Part shown: positions 19,732 to 28,992 of the stretch, one piece after another
Position numbering within the stretch: the stretch's first letter is position 1
Layout of the letters: each line of letters starts with the position of its first letter
Sequence record: SRR22947725_4399
Direction: 5' to 3' (one strand)
Length of the DNA stretch: 39,843 bases
Made by a program: the position numbers and the translations under genes
The notes under the pieces: model-generated
Told to the model about the DNA's origin: nothing
The model's input: only the letters and a program-made list of their open reading frames with translations
Databases searched by the model: none

Positions 19732-22700
19732 CTAGAGAGTGGTCAGGTATTTGATCAACTCGATCCTTTGCCGTTCATTCAAACCATCCATCAAGCCTTC
19801 GGGCATCATGGAATGCTCCGAGAGCTGACGATCAGAAATGGCCAATTTGGAAACCGTCACGGTGTCGGTGAGTGTTTTTATCACGACTGAAGATTCGTTT
19901 TCACTGACTAATAAACCCGCAATCATTTCACCGTCCTTTTGTTCTATTTCTGTAACCTGATAATTTTGCCCAATGACAGCGTTGGGATCGATCATGCTTT
20001 CAATGAAATACCTGCTTCCGCTGGAACCGGCAGCTGTTAAATCCGGTCCAATCGCCACACCTGTTCCTGCGACTTGATGGCAACTGCTGCAGAGTAACTC
20101 AAAATGCTTTTTCCCTTCATCCGCACTGTAGGCCCACAATGGAGCTTCTCGATAGGCCGCATCCAATGATTCAATGAACTGCGCTTTTTCTTCCGATACC
20201 ACGCCGGCTTGCCCCCAAATCCTGGTGATCCTTTCACTGACTGCATTCGAGTTCAGTTGCTGCAATTGACGCAGGTAATAGGCTGTCAGAAGGTCACGTT
20301 CAAGCTTCCCTGCGATCACTGCATTCAGGAGAGGCACGGCCAGCGAAGATCGGGTGGTCATCGTATTCAATGCGGCGACCTTATCCTTTCCTTCAAACCG
20401 ATCCAATCGAGCAAGGAGCGCATCAGCACTCTCTGGATGATCGAAGCGTGCCAGCAAATTAATCGCGCTGGATTGGAACGCAGGTTCATCCAGCAGTCCA
20501 ATGCCAATCGAAATCAGGGCTTCATCCCCTGCCAGATTGAGAATCTCCAGAGCATGGCGACGCTCGTCTTCGGATTGCGTGGTATCGGCAAGTAATGAAC
20601 GCATTTTTGGCAACACTTTCCGATCGCCAAAAATAGCCGCCAGTTTTTCAGCCGGCAATCGAATGGCCTCATCGGTATTTTCATACAATCGGTTCGAAAT
20701 AAAATCCCACTGGCGCGGCATGGGAACACGTCGCTCATGTTGCAAGGCAAGATAGATAGCATTCAACAAACCCCCTCGATCCGCGGCGGCTGTTTTTTGA
20801 AGATAAGTGATGGATTCCTCCAATCCCTCACCCTTTAATTTGGCGGCATACCATACGATCAAAGGTTCGAGAACCGGCATGATGGGTTGTTCTGACTCCA
20901 TGAGCTGGAACGCACGTTCCAGATTGGCGGGCATCTTTTGAGCGAGAGCAAACCAAATCATGGACGGTAAATTACGATCCCCTGCGTCTTCCGTATGCCT
21001 TGCCAAAGCTTCGATGATTTTCCAGCCGTTATCTTCTGAAAGTTTGATTGATGCGGCAGCAAGCCTTAATCTTACAAACGCCGACGGATCATCAAGAGCC
21101 ATCAAGACGAGCTGACTCGCCGCGATGGGAACGACTTGTTCCTGGCTACTCATGAACTCGATTGCGTTGGCACGCACGTATTCAGATTCATCCCTGAGAT
21201 AGGTAAGCCAATCGTTACCTTGAACCGCCCCAATGACGTAGAGCGCCCAGAAGGCACGCAATCGCCGGTTCTCATTGGCATGCTCCACAGACATGTTATG
21301 GAGCACTTCTAATGCATCCGGTGAAATTTCGCCTTTAACAGAGCGTTCCTGCAGGAGCCGTCGAGCAGTACGAGCGAACCAGGCATTTTGATGTAATTGC
21401 AACCAGGCTAATTCACGATCCGACTTGCGCGACAAATTCACAAGTGTCGCTTCATAGGTCGCTTCGTATTGAATGCGATACATGCGCCCGGTTCCTCGCT
21501 CCCATTGTTCGGCATTTGGATTGTGACAATGCTGAGTGTCATACCAGTCATTGATATAGACAGCACCATCCGGCCCGTATTTCAGATCGATGCCGATATA
21601 ACGAGGATCTGCAACCATCAACATATCCTTTCCAGCATGTATTGTATTGTAACCGGATCCATCGCGCTCATTCACCTGAACGTTCAACTGATGCCCATGC
21701 AGATTATGAGTGTAGAGTTGATTTCGATAAGCAGCAGGCCAATTATTGCCCTGGTAAAGCATGGTTCCGATATGCGAGTGTCCGCCATAAATCCGGCGAC
21801 TTCCCTGAGCCCCTGCCCCACCTTCCCCATGACCATACCTGGCAGAAGCCAGCAGGTAGGTTCGCAAATAGTCATGACCTGACGGCGGATTCGGCTCAAT
21901 ATAATCCGGATAATTGGCATTGGACTGGTTCCAATAATATCCTCCGCGAATGACATGAGTCGTCGATCCCTTGCCCCAATAGCTGCGACAGTGGGTCATG
22001 AACCATTGACCATGCCGATCGTAATCAAGTCCCCACTGGTTACTCCCCCCATGCGCATAAACTTCAAATGTATGTCTAATGGGGTGATAACGCCAAACAC
22101 CTGCACGCATTTCAGTGCGCTGCGCATCATTGGAGTCAGGTTTACCGATTCTGGAATAGTTGAACACTCCCTGGTTGCCGTAAAGCCAGCCATCAGGTCC
22201 CCACAAAAAGCTATTCAGGGTCTCGTGCGTGTCCTGGTAGCCAAAGCCATCCAGCAGCACCTGAGGAGGCCCATCAGGCTGATCGTCCTGATTTTCATCC
22301 GGAATGAACAACAACTGAGGCGCTGCGCCCAGCCAGACGCCACCAAAACCCACTTCGATCCCACTGACAAGGTTCAAACCCTCTGCAAAAATTTTACGAT
22401 CCTCGAAAGAGCCATCCCCATCAAAATCTTCAAAAATTAAAATGCGATCCTTGCCCTGTCCCTCTGGTTGCTTTTCAGGATAACTGAAGGCTTCGACTAC
22501 CCATATTCGACCCAATTCATCGAAAGTGAAGGCGATCGGCTGCAGGACGTCCGGCTCGCTCGCGATCTGATCTGCCCTAAACCCCTCAGGAAGGAACATC
22601 TGTTGAAGCGTGGGGTGATCCGATTGAATTGGATTAGGCTGCAAGTGCTTCAGTATCTCGACATCATCCAAACGCGCTGGACGCGTTACGGCAGCCGAAA

Positions 22701-22764
22701 CAAACCAGTGTCCGTGATAGAAAGGGATGAAAAGCAAACCCAATAGGCACTTCCAAATTCGCAT
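19732..22764 (-). CDS. PVC-type heme-binding CxxCH protein (putative dehydrogenase beta-propeller + HEAT repeats + cytochrome c)
   Basis: Signal peptide; LPEGF..ASEPD, FDELGRIWVVE, DTHETLN..WGPDGWLYG, GPDGAVYINDWYD; HEAT-like helices; CSSCH, IGPDLT, SMMPEGL. Confidence 0.9.
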   Translation of the reverse strand: MRIWKCLLGLLFIPFYHGHWFVSAAVTRPARLDDVEILKHLQPNPIQSDHPTLQQMFLPEGFRADQIASEPDVLQPIAFTFDELGRIWVVEAFSYPEKQPEGQGKDRILIFEDFDGDGSFEDRKIFAEGLNLVSGIEVGFGGVWLGAAPQLLFIPDENQDDQPDGPPQVLLDGFGYQDTHETLNSFLWGPDGWLYGNQGVFNYSRIGKPDSNDAQRTEMRAGVWRYHPIRHTFEVYAHGGSNQWGLDYDRHGQWFMTHCRSYWGKGSTTHVIRGGYYWNQSNANYPDYIEPNPPSGHDYLRTYLLASARYGHGEGGAGAQGSRRIYGGHSHIGTMLYQGNNWPAAYRNQLYTHNLHGHQLNVQVNERDGSGYNTIHAGKDMLMVADPRYIGIDLKYGPDGAVYINDWYDTQHCHNPNAEQWERGTGRMYRIQYEATYEATLVNLSRKSDRELAWLQLHQNAWFARTARRLLQERSVKGEISPDALEVLHNMSVEHANENRRLRAFWALYVIGAVQGNDWLTYLRDESEYVRANAIEFMSSQEQVVPIAASQLVLMALDDPSAFVRLRLAAASIKLSEDNGWKIIEALARHTEDAGDRNLPSMIWFALAQKMPANLERAFQLMESEQPIMPVLEPLIVWYAAKLKGEGLEESITYLQKTAAADRGGLLNAIYLALQHERRVPMPRQWDFISNRLYENTDEAIRLPAEKLAAIFGDRKVLPKMRSLLADTTQSEDERRHALEILNLAGDEALISIGIGLLDEPAFQSSAINLLARFDHPESADALLARLDRFEGKDKVAALNTMTTRSSLAVPLLNAVIAGKLERDLLTAYYLRQLQQLNSNAVSERITRIWGQAGVVSEEKAQFIESLDAAYREAPLWAYSADEGKKHFELLCSSCHQVAGTGVAIGPDLTAAGSSGSRYFIESMIDPNAVIGQNYQVTEIEQKDGEMIAGLLVSENESSVVIKTLTDTVTVSKLAISDRQLSEHSMMPEGLMDGLNERQRIELIKYLTTL

Positions 22765-22799
22765 GGACCATTACTAGAACAACCCGCACCACTTGTCAA
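22765..22799 (-). promoter_or_regulatory. Putative sigma70 promoter (TTGACA-17-TAGTAA)
   Basis: Consensus -35 TTGACA (22799-22794), 17-nt spacer, TAGTAA (22776-22771), 6 nt to ATG 22764. Confidence 0.6.
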
Positions 22800-22868
22800 A
22801 AGATCGGCGTCTGACCTGATCATGTAAAAACAGCTGCTCAAGCTCTAGCAGGAATTGCTATGTAATCG

Positions 22869-22896
22869 TTGAACATAGAAGAATCACAGATACAAT
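22869..22896 (+). promoter_or_regulatory. Putative sigma70 promoter (TTGAAC-16-TACAAT)
   Basis: TTGAAC 22869-22874 and TACAAT 22891-22896, about 100 nt upstream of the small ORF at 22995. Confidence 0.45.
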
Positions 22897-22994
22897 GCAC
22901 TGTGTCGCAACGCTTATAAAATTTGTTCGCGTCATGAAAAAAGCGGACTACGGAAACACAAGACCAAGATACGAGGCAGAACAACAAGTCAAAA

Positions 22995-23261
22995 ATGAAA
23001 AACAAATTGTCACTGATGTGGGTTTCCAATCTTTTCATCGGAATCATCATCGGTCTTTCTGCCGGGATTCTGGGCTTTATTGCCCTGGGTAGCATCCTTT
23101 CTTTTTTTTCAGTCCCCAAACCTACAATCGTGTATCGAGATGCGAAAGAATGGAGTCTGATTACATATTTACTGGCGTTTTATCCGATTGCTTGCATGGC
23201 AATGGGAGCCATCGCAGGAGGGTATTTCTTTGGGAAACCAAAAGGAAAGAAGCCGGACTAA
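22995..23261 (+). CDS. Small hypothetical membrane protein (two TM helices)
   Basis: 88 aa, two hydrophobic Gly-rich segments, Lys-rich N- and C-termini, upstream promoter-like sequence. Confidence 0.65.
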   Translation: MKNKLSLMWVSNLFIGIIIGLSAGILGFIALGSILSFFSVPKPTIVYRDAKEWSLITYLLAFYPIACMAMGAIAGGYFFGKPKGKKPD

Positions 23262-23561
23262 TCATGGATTGATTGAACCAACTAAGATGACTGGAAATCA
23301 CCTGTTGTTAGGTTTTGCCTGTCGAGCGAGGAGTCAATCAGGCTTGCCCCGTACAGCGACAGCATGTGCAAGACCATTGAAGACATGCTCACCTGCAGCA
23401 TTTCCTGTAGGAAGCTATCGAAGCGATGAATATTACTTGTGAAAACTCAGCAATAATTATGATTGGACAAGACCCGGATATTAATATTGTTACACGCAGT
23501 CCTTTTGTGCCCTTATTCCAAGTTGATCATAGCATCACTCGCATCTTCTAAAGCAATCACC

Positions 23562-24347
23562 ATGATAAAGAACGAAAATGCAAGCTGTGGATCAAACATA
23601 CGACTTGTTGTTGCTAAAAACTACATGAACGGAAGCCGGGAAGCCGGGGATTACATGGCTAAGAAAGTAAGGATGAAATCCGAACCTATCTTGTGTGCTG
23701 CCACCGGAAACAGTCCAACTGGAGCTTACAAGGTGTTTGTCAGCGAGATCCTTTCGAGGAACAATCCACCTGAAAAGATCCACCTTTTGAAACTCGATGA
23801 GTGGGGTGGTCTTGATATGGATGATCCAGCAACGTGCGAAGATTATCTCCAGCAAAAACTAGTTCGACCGCTTCAGATACCCGCAACGCGATACGTATCT
23901 TTTCAAAGCAATTCGAGAGCTCCAGTAGCGGAATGCCAACGTGTTCAAGACTGGCTGGCGATCCATGGCCCGATTGATCTCTGTGTTCTTGGTCTGGGAT
24001 TGAACGGTCATTTGGGGTTCAATGAACCGGCTGATGCATTGATCGCTGCGCCACATGTCGCCAAACTGACAGATCAATCACTGGCTCATTCAATGTTGTC
24101 AACAACAAGAAAATGCCCCACTCATGGTCTGACGCTCGGGATGCGTGATATTTTAGCTTCCAAATCAATCCTGTTGCTTGTGTTCGGTGCGGGCAAGGCC
24201 AAACAACTCAAACGGCTCGTTACATGTGGGATATCCTCCCTGTTTCCTGCTTCTTTTCTTTCCCTTCACGACGATGTACTCTGCATTTGTGACAAAGCCG
24301 CTGCCGCTTTATTGCCTCAAGGTGTTTTCCAGAGGAACAAGGACTGA
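23562..24347 (+). CDS. Glucosamine/galactosamine-6-phosphate isomerase/deaminase family (NagB/AgaI-like)
   Basis: ATGNSP, LDEWGGL, IDLCVLGLGLNGHLGFNEP, LTLGM, FPASFL.LH; start probably ATG 23562. Confidence 0.88.
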   Translation: MIKNENASCGSNIRLVVAKNYMNGSREAGDYMAKKVRMKSEPILCAATGNSPTGAYKVFVSEILSRNNPPEKIHLLKLDEWGGLDMDDPATCEDYLQQKLVRPLQIPATRYVSFQSNSRAPVAECQRVQDWLAIHGPIDLCVLGLGLNGHLGFNEPADALIAAPHVAKLTDQSLAHSMLSTTRKCPTHGLTLGMRDILASKSILLLVFGAGKAKQLKRLVTCGISSLFPASFLSLHDDVLCICDKAAAALLPQGVFQRNKD

Positions 24348-24607
24348 GGATAAGGAGATCCTGGAGCCTCAGGAGACATGTTGCACCATTTGAATCGTGT
24401 AAGGTTAAGGGGTTTCTAATATGCAGATCATGGGAATGCGCATCGGTTCGCAGCGTTTCCCATTCAAGCACGCGCTGGATTCCAGGAGTTAACAACGAGC
24501 AGACAGGCTTTCAATAATCTGATATCGAATCCACGCTCAAGCACCTTGAAGACGGAAATCAATTGCCAAAGGCAAGCTCTTTTGATTAATTGAAACGATT
24601 CCCTACC

Positions 24608-25954
24608 ATGAACTCTATCAATAAGAAAACACGCCGTAAATTCCTTCATGATACAGCCTTGCTCACTGCCGGGATCACCAGTAGTGGAATAGCCACCGGA
24701 TGCACCAGCATCGTGCGCTCGGATCCAAATCGAAAGTTAAACCTCGGCATTATTGGGCCCGGAGGACGTGGCACTTCGAACATGGGAGGACTTGGTTCTG
24801 AAAATTTTATTGCTTTTGCTGATGTGGATGATCGTCGGGCACAACCCGTTTACGCAAAGTATCCTGACGTTCCACGTTACCGTGATTTCCGTGAAATGCT
24901 GGATAAGGAAAAATCGCTGGACGCCGTCGTCGTGAGCACACCCGACCACACTCATGCGATTGCCTCAATCGAAGCCATGCAGCGCGGGCTCCATGTATAC
25001 TGCGAAAAACCTCTTGCGCATTCGATCTATGAATTGCGACGCATGAAGGAAGAAGCGCGCAAAGCCGGCGTAGTCACACAAATGGGCGTACAAGGTCACG
25101 CCATGGAGGGAACGCGGCGCGCAATCGACACCATTCATTCTGGTGCGATCGGGGAAGTAAGAGAATTGCATGTGTGGACAGATCGTCCCAACGGCTGGTG
25201 GCCGCAAGGAGAAAAGCGTCCTTCTAGCACACACGCGATTCCCGATACGTTGGATTGGGATCTGTGGCTGGGACCGGCCCCGTTTCGACCTTACCACCCG
25301 ACTTATGTTCCGTTCAAGTGGCGAGGTAGGTGGGACTTCGGCACGGGAGCCATCGGAGACATGGGTGTGCATAATCTAGACACCGCATTCTGGGCGTTGG
25401 AGTTAGGCATACCAAATCACGCCAAGGTAATCGACGCCGATCAAGGGACCGCCGATTGCCCCCCGCTATGGAGTATCATCCAAATGAACTACCCTGCACG
25501 AGTAAATCGTCCAGCAGTCAAACTCACATTTTATGATGGTAAGAAACTGCCTCCGGCGGATTTATTCTACGGCGAGGAAATCCCATCGAATGGTTCTTTG
25601 ATCATTGGTAGCAAGGGCACGCTGTTAACGCGCACATGGCATGGAGGGGAGAACGAAGACGACATGTTCCTGTTGTTGCCTAAAAAGACATTCATTGACT
25701 ACCAAACAATTTCACCGTCCGTTCCCCGCGTCAGAGATCATCATTTCGAATGGATTCAAGCATGCAAGGGACTCACGAAGACCGAAGCTAATTTCGACTA
25801 CGCTGCCACCCTCACCGAGGGTTTACTCGTGGGACAACTGGCGCTGCGTACGGGCAAATCCATTGCATGGGATCCGCAACAAATGAAAGCAATCAATTGT
25901 CCGGAGGCGGAATCGCTCATCAAGCCAAGGTTCCGAAAAGGTTGGGAGATTTGA
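24608..25954 (+). CDS. Tat-exported Gfo/Idh/MocA oxidoreductase (possible lipoprotein)
   Basis: TRRKFL Tat motif, IATGC lipobox-like; GPGGRG, STPDHTH, YCEKP, DWDLWLGPAP, GAIGDMGVH; start ATG 24608. Confidence 0.92.
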   Translation: MNSINKKTRRKFLHDTALLTAGITSSGIATGCTSIVRSDPNRKLNLGIIGPGGRGTSNMGGLGSENFIAFADVDDRRAQPVYAKYPDVPRYRDFREMLDKEKSLDAVVVSTPDHTHAIASIEAMQRGLHVYCEKPLAHSIYELRRMKEEARKAGVVTQMGVQGHAMEGTRRAIDTIHSGAIGEVRELHVWTDRPNGWWPQGEKRPSSTHAIPDTLDWDLWLGPAPFRPYHPTYVPFKWRGRWDFGTGAIGDMGVHNLDTAFWALELGIPNHAKVIDADQGTADCPPLWSIIQMNYPARVNRPAVKLTFYDGKKLPPADLFYGEEIPSNGSLIIGSKGTLLTRTWHGGENEDDMFLLLPKKTFIDYQTISPSVPRVRDHHFEWIQACKGLTKTEANFDYAATLTEGLLVGQLALRTGKSIAWDPQQMKAINCPEAESLIKPRFRKGWEI

Positions 25955-25957
25955 ATC

Positions 25958-27043
25958 ATGAAAGAAACAGTTAAAGTTGGAATCATTGGGTCACAATTCA
26001 TATCGACTATTCATGCGGAGTCCCTGACGCGCTGTCAGTCGGCTGAAATGCTGGCCGTCGCGTCGCCTTCAAATGGGAATGCGAAATCATTTGCAGCGAA
26101 ACATGATATTCCTCATCACTTTACTGACTACCGTGAATTGCTTGCGATGTCAGAGATTGATATGGTTGTGATCGGGATTCCTAACCATGTACACTGCGAG
26201 GCCGTTGTTGCTGCAGCAGAAGCGGGCAAACACATTGTCATCGAAAAACCGCTTTGTTTGAACATGGAAGAGGCAGATCTGATGGTCGAGGCAGCGAAGA
26301 AAGCAAATGTGAAGTTAATGTATGCAGAAGAGCTGTGCTTCGCACCGAAGTATGTTCGACTAAAACAACTGCTCGACTCCGGTGCCCTTGGTAAACCGAC
26401 TTTAATCAAGCAGTCAGAGAAACATGATGGTCCGCATGCCCCACATTTCTGGGACGTAGAGCAAAGTGGGGGTGGCGTGGTGATGGATATGGGTTGTCAC
26501 GCCATTGAGTTCTTTCGCTGGATGCTTGGGCGCCCGCCCGTAAAATCAGTTTTTGCACAAATGAGCACTCAAGTTCACACGGACAAGACCGTCGGTGAAG
26601 ACAACGCATTGCTCATCTTAGAATTCGAGGACGGAACAATTGGACTTGCTGAGGAGAGTTGGACGAAACTTGGGGGTATGGACGATCGCGCCGAGGTTCA
26701 TGGTTCCAAGGGCGTCGCCTATGCGGATTTGTTGCACGGCAACTCAATCGAAACCTACAGTCAGGGTGGATATGACTATGCAGTTGAGAAAGCCGGCACA
26801 ACGAAGGGGTGGTCGTTCACGATCTATGAAGAAGCATATAACTACGGATTCCATCAGGAAATGGCACATTTTGTTGATTGCGTGCAGAATGACAAGCAAC
26901 CGATCGTGACTGGCGAAGATGCTCGAGAGGTCATGAAGATTATTTTTGCGGCTTACGAATCAGCTCGAACGGGCAGGAAGGTGTCTTTGCCTTTTGAAAC
27001 GGACGCGAAAAAACCGATCGATCTTTGGAAACCTAATCGTTGA
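25958..27043 (+). CDS. Gfo/Idh/MocA oxidoreductase
   Basis: KVGIIGSQFIS, IPNHVH, IEKP, SGGGVVMDMGCH, EDNA; no signal peptide. Confidence 0.92.
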   Translation: MKETVKVGIIGSQFISTIHAESLTRCQSAEMLAVASPSNGNAKSFAAKHDIPHHFTDYRELLAMSEIDMVVIGIPNHVHCEAVVAAAEAGKHIVIEKPLCLNMEEADLMVEAAKKANVKLMYAEELCFAPKYVRLKQLLDSGALGKPTLIKQSEKHDGPHAPHFWDVEQSGGGVVMDMGCHAIEFFRWMLGRPPVKSVFAQMSTQVHTDKTVGEDNALLILEFEDGTIGLAEESWTKLGGMDDRAEVHGSKGVAYADLLHGNSIETYSQGGYDYAVEKAGTTKGWSFTIYEEAYNYGFHQEMAHFVDCVQNDKQPIVTGEDAREVMKIIFAAYESARTGRKVSLPFETDAKKPIDLWKPNR

Positions 27044-27131
27044 ATGAGGAAGTGCAGTAAGCTTTTGATCACGACATTTCCAAGTAGTATCCAGGACAAG
27101 GAAAACCTCCGAATTGCTTTTGATATGCTCT

Positions 27132-28064
27132 CTATTTACCTCGCCTGATAAAATTGATCACACTGGTTATCATCTGAGCCGATGAGTGTTCAAGGTGTGC
27201 GGCATGTCCGCTGTCCGGAATGATAACCCAGGATCTATCTGGATTGTCAATTTCCCCAAAAAAGAGTGCAAGACTTTCAATTGGCGCTACGGGATCGTGA
27301 ACACCATTTATGAGAAGCGTTGGAACCGTAATTTTTTGAGGTTCAAGCTGGGTCCATTCGTTTAGCTTATTCCAATCCACCAGTATTGGATCAAAATTCA
27401 AAGTAGATGATACATATGCATCTATGACCTTTTGTTCGGTAGAATTTTCCATGAAATCAGATGACGCCCATTCAACTGAGTTAGGTTCTTGGATGGGTTC
27501 CTCTGCAGTGCTTTTCACACCGCCCTCAATTTTGTTATATCGGTTGGCATAGGTGTGTTCAATAGGGTGTCCATAAAGGATAAGTTCCCTCACAAGCTCT
27601 GGCCTCTTTTGGACAACAAAATGCGAAACTAATGACCCGTAAGAATAACCGAATAGAGTTGGTTTAATCGTGTGTGAATGCCGTTGAATCACCCATTCAA
27701 GTAGCCCAACAACATCCCTGAATGCTTTTTCAGGATGGATCCATCCAGAGGCATCTCTTGGAGTATTCCCAAAACCTCTCATGTCCATGGCGTATACTTG
27801 AAAACCTTTTTGGACGAATGCATCCATCACTGAAACATTTCCCGACTCAACTTGCAGATCAAAGTTAGGCAAAGCACTAATGGTTTTGCCATGAATAAGA
27901 ACAATGATTTCCTTGGCTGAATCATGTTTTTTTTCGTAAACAGCAAATGTGTGATTATTAATTTTTATCCTGTGTTCAATCATTGGGTTATGAGTCAAGG
28001 GTGTTTCTCCACTAATTAGGCTAGTGCGCAGAAAAATAAAAATACTTGTTATGATGAGTCTCAT
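27132..28064 (-). CDS. Secreted alpha/beta hydrolase
   Basis: Signal-peptide-like start; LIHG oxyanion motif, DMRGFG, GYSYG nucleophile elbow, GVHD, SGHAAHLE. Confidence 0.88.
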   Translation of the reverse strand: MRLIITSIFIFLRTSLISGETPLTHNPMIEHRIKINNHTFAVYEKKHDSAKEIIVLIHGKTISALPNFDLQVESGNVSVMDAFVQKGFQVYAMDMRGFGNTPRDASGWIHPEKAFRDVVGLLEWVIQRHSHTIKPTLFGYSYGSLVSHFVVQKRPELVRELILYGHPIEHTYANRYNKIEGGVKSTAEEPIQEPNSVEWASSDFMENSTEQKVIDAYVSSTLNFDPILVDWNKLNEWTQLEPQKITVPTLLINGVHDPVAPIESLALFFGEIDNPDRSWVIIPDSGHAAHLEHSSAQMITSVINFIRRGK

Positions 28065-28121
28065 TTTAATTTTACTTAATAAACCCTGAAAAGGGTGAAT
28101 CTAAAAACTGACCACCCTTCG

Positions 28122-28150
28122 ATACTATGTTTTGGTCATTGTTCGGGCAA
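28122..28150 (-). promoter_or_regulatory. Putative sigma70 promoter of the hydrolase (TTGCCC-17-TAGTAT)
   Basis: TTGCCC (28150-28145), 17-nt spacer, TAGTAT (28127-28122). Confidence 0.55.
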
Positions 28151-28475
28151 GTGGTTAGAATTGCCTTGTCCCCACCAACAATGAAGTTGCTATGTGTTTT
28201 TTTTTAACCAATGGCACTTCACTACCAATGCGAAGCGAGTTTTAAAATTCAATTCTGTGAAAAGTGGGTGTAAAAATTGATATTAGCCTGAGAGTTGCCT
28301 CAGCTTGCGGGGAATTGCCAGAACAACACCTTGGACAAATGATCAAATAATGGACATTTAAGAGTTTGTTTGAGATTTAGAAAAACCATTAAACAGTGAG
28401 ATCATATTCTTCCTGACACGATCGAGAGAGAAATATCTCTCGAGAAAAGAAGTTGAACTTGGATAAAATATTAGC

Positions 28476-28859
28476 TCAATCACCCGGAGAAAAGCGTGTT
28501 CGGCGCCTTGCCTTTGTCTCAGATCGCCTGCGCTTTGATTCCAGAATGCGGCGTTTAGCCTTGGGTGGGCGAATCCCCTTTTGTCGCCGCTTTTTCTCCC
28601 TTTCCTGTTTTTCGGAATCACGCCGTTCTTTTTTTCGTTGAAGAATCATTTCAGCAAGCAATGCTCGTGCTCGCTGACGATTCCCAGATTGACTGCGTCC
28701 CTGCTGAACCGAGACCTGTAAGCCTGTGGGAAGATGCTTCAAGGTGACACGGGTGGAAACTTTGTTCACGTGCTGCCCTCCAGGTCCGGCAGATCGACTG
28801 AAGATCTCCTCCAGTTCGGACTCATCAAGGACGTTTTTGAATGGACGACTCGTGCTCAT
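28476..28859 (-). CDS. arfB: Alternative ribosome rescue peptidyl-tRNA hydrolase ArfB (YaeJ)
   Basis: FSRSAGPGGQHVNKVST (GGQ), RSQSGNR, long basic C-terminal tail; start probably ATG 28859. Confidence 0.88.
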   Translation of the reverse strand: MSTSRPFKNVLDESELEEIFSRSAGPGGQHVNKVSTRVTLKHLPTGLQVSVQQGRSQSGNRQRARALLAEMILQRKKERRDSEKQEREKKRRQKGIRPPKAKRRILESKRRRSETKARRRTRFSPGD

Positions 28860-28932
28860 TTCCGTTCGAAATTGGCAACTACTTACCAAGAAATCAACTT
28901 CATTTGCATAACGACATGAACATGGTGATGAC

Positions 28933-28968
28933 AAAAAATAAACCCGCCGGATACATTCCGACGGGCTT
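28933..28968 (-). terminator. Rho-independent terminator of greA
   Basis: Minus strand AAGCCCGTCGGA-ATGTA-TCCGGCGGGTTT followed by ATTTTTT, 25 nt after the greA stop. Confidence 0.85.
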
Positions 28969-28992
28969 GAGATTTAAAAGAAAGAGTCGGAT

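Noticed and set aside
24430..24463. Hairpin ATGGGAA-TGCG..CGCA..TTCCCAT as a REP element
   Set aside because: Only one copy noticed and no associated transposase
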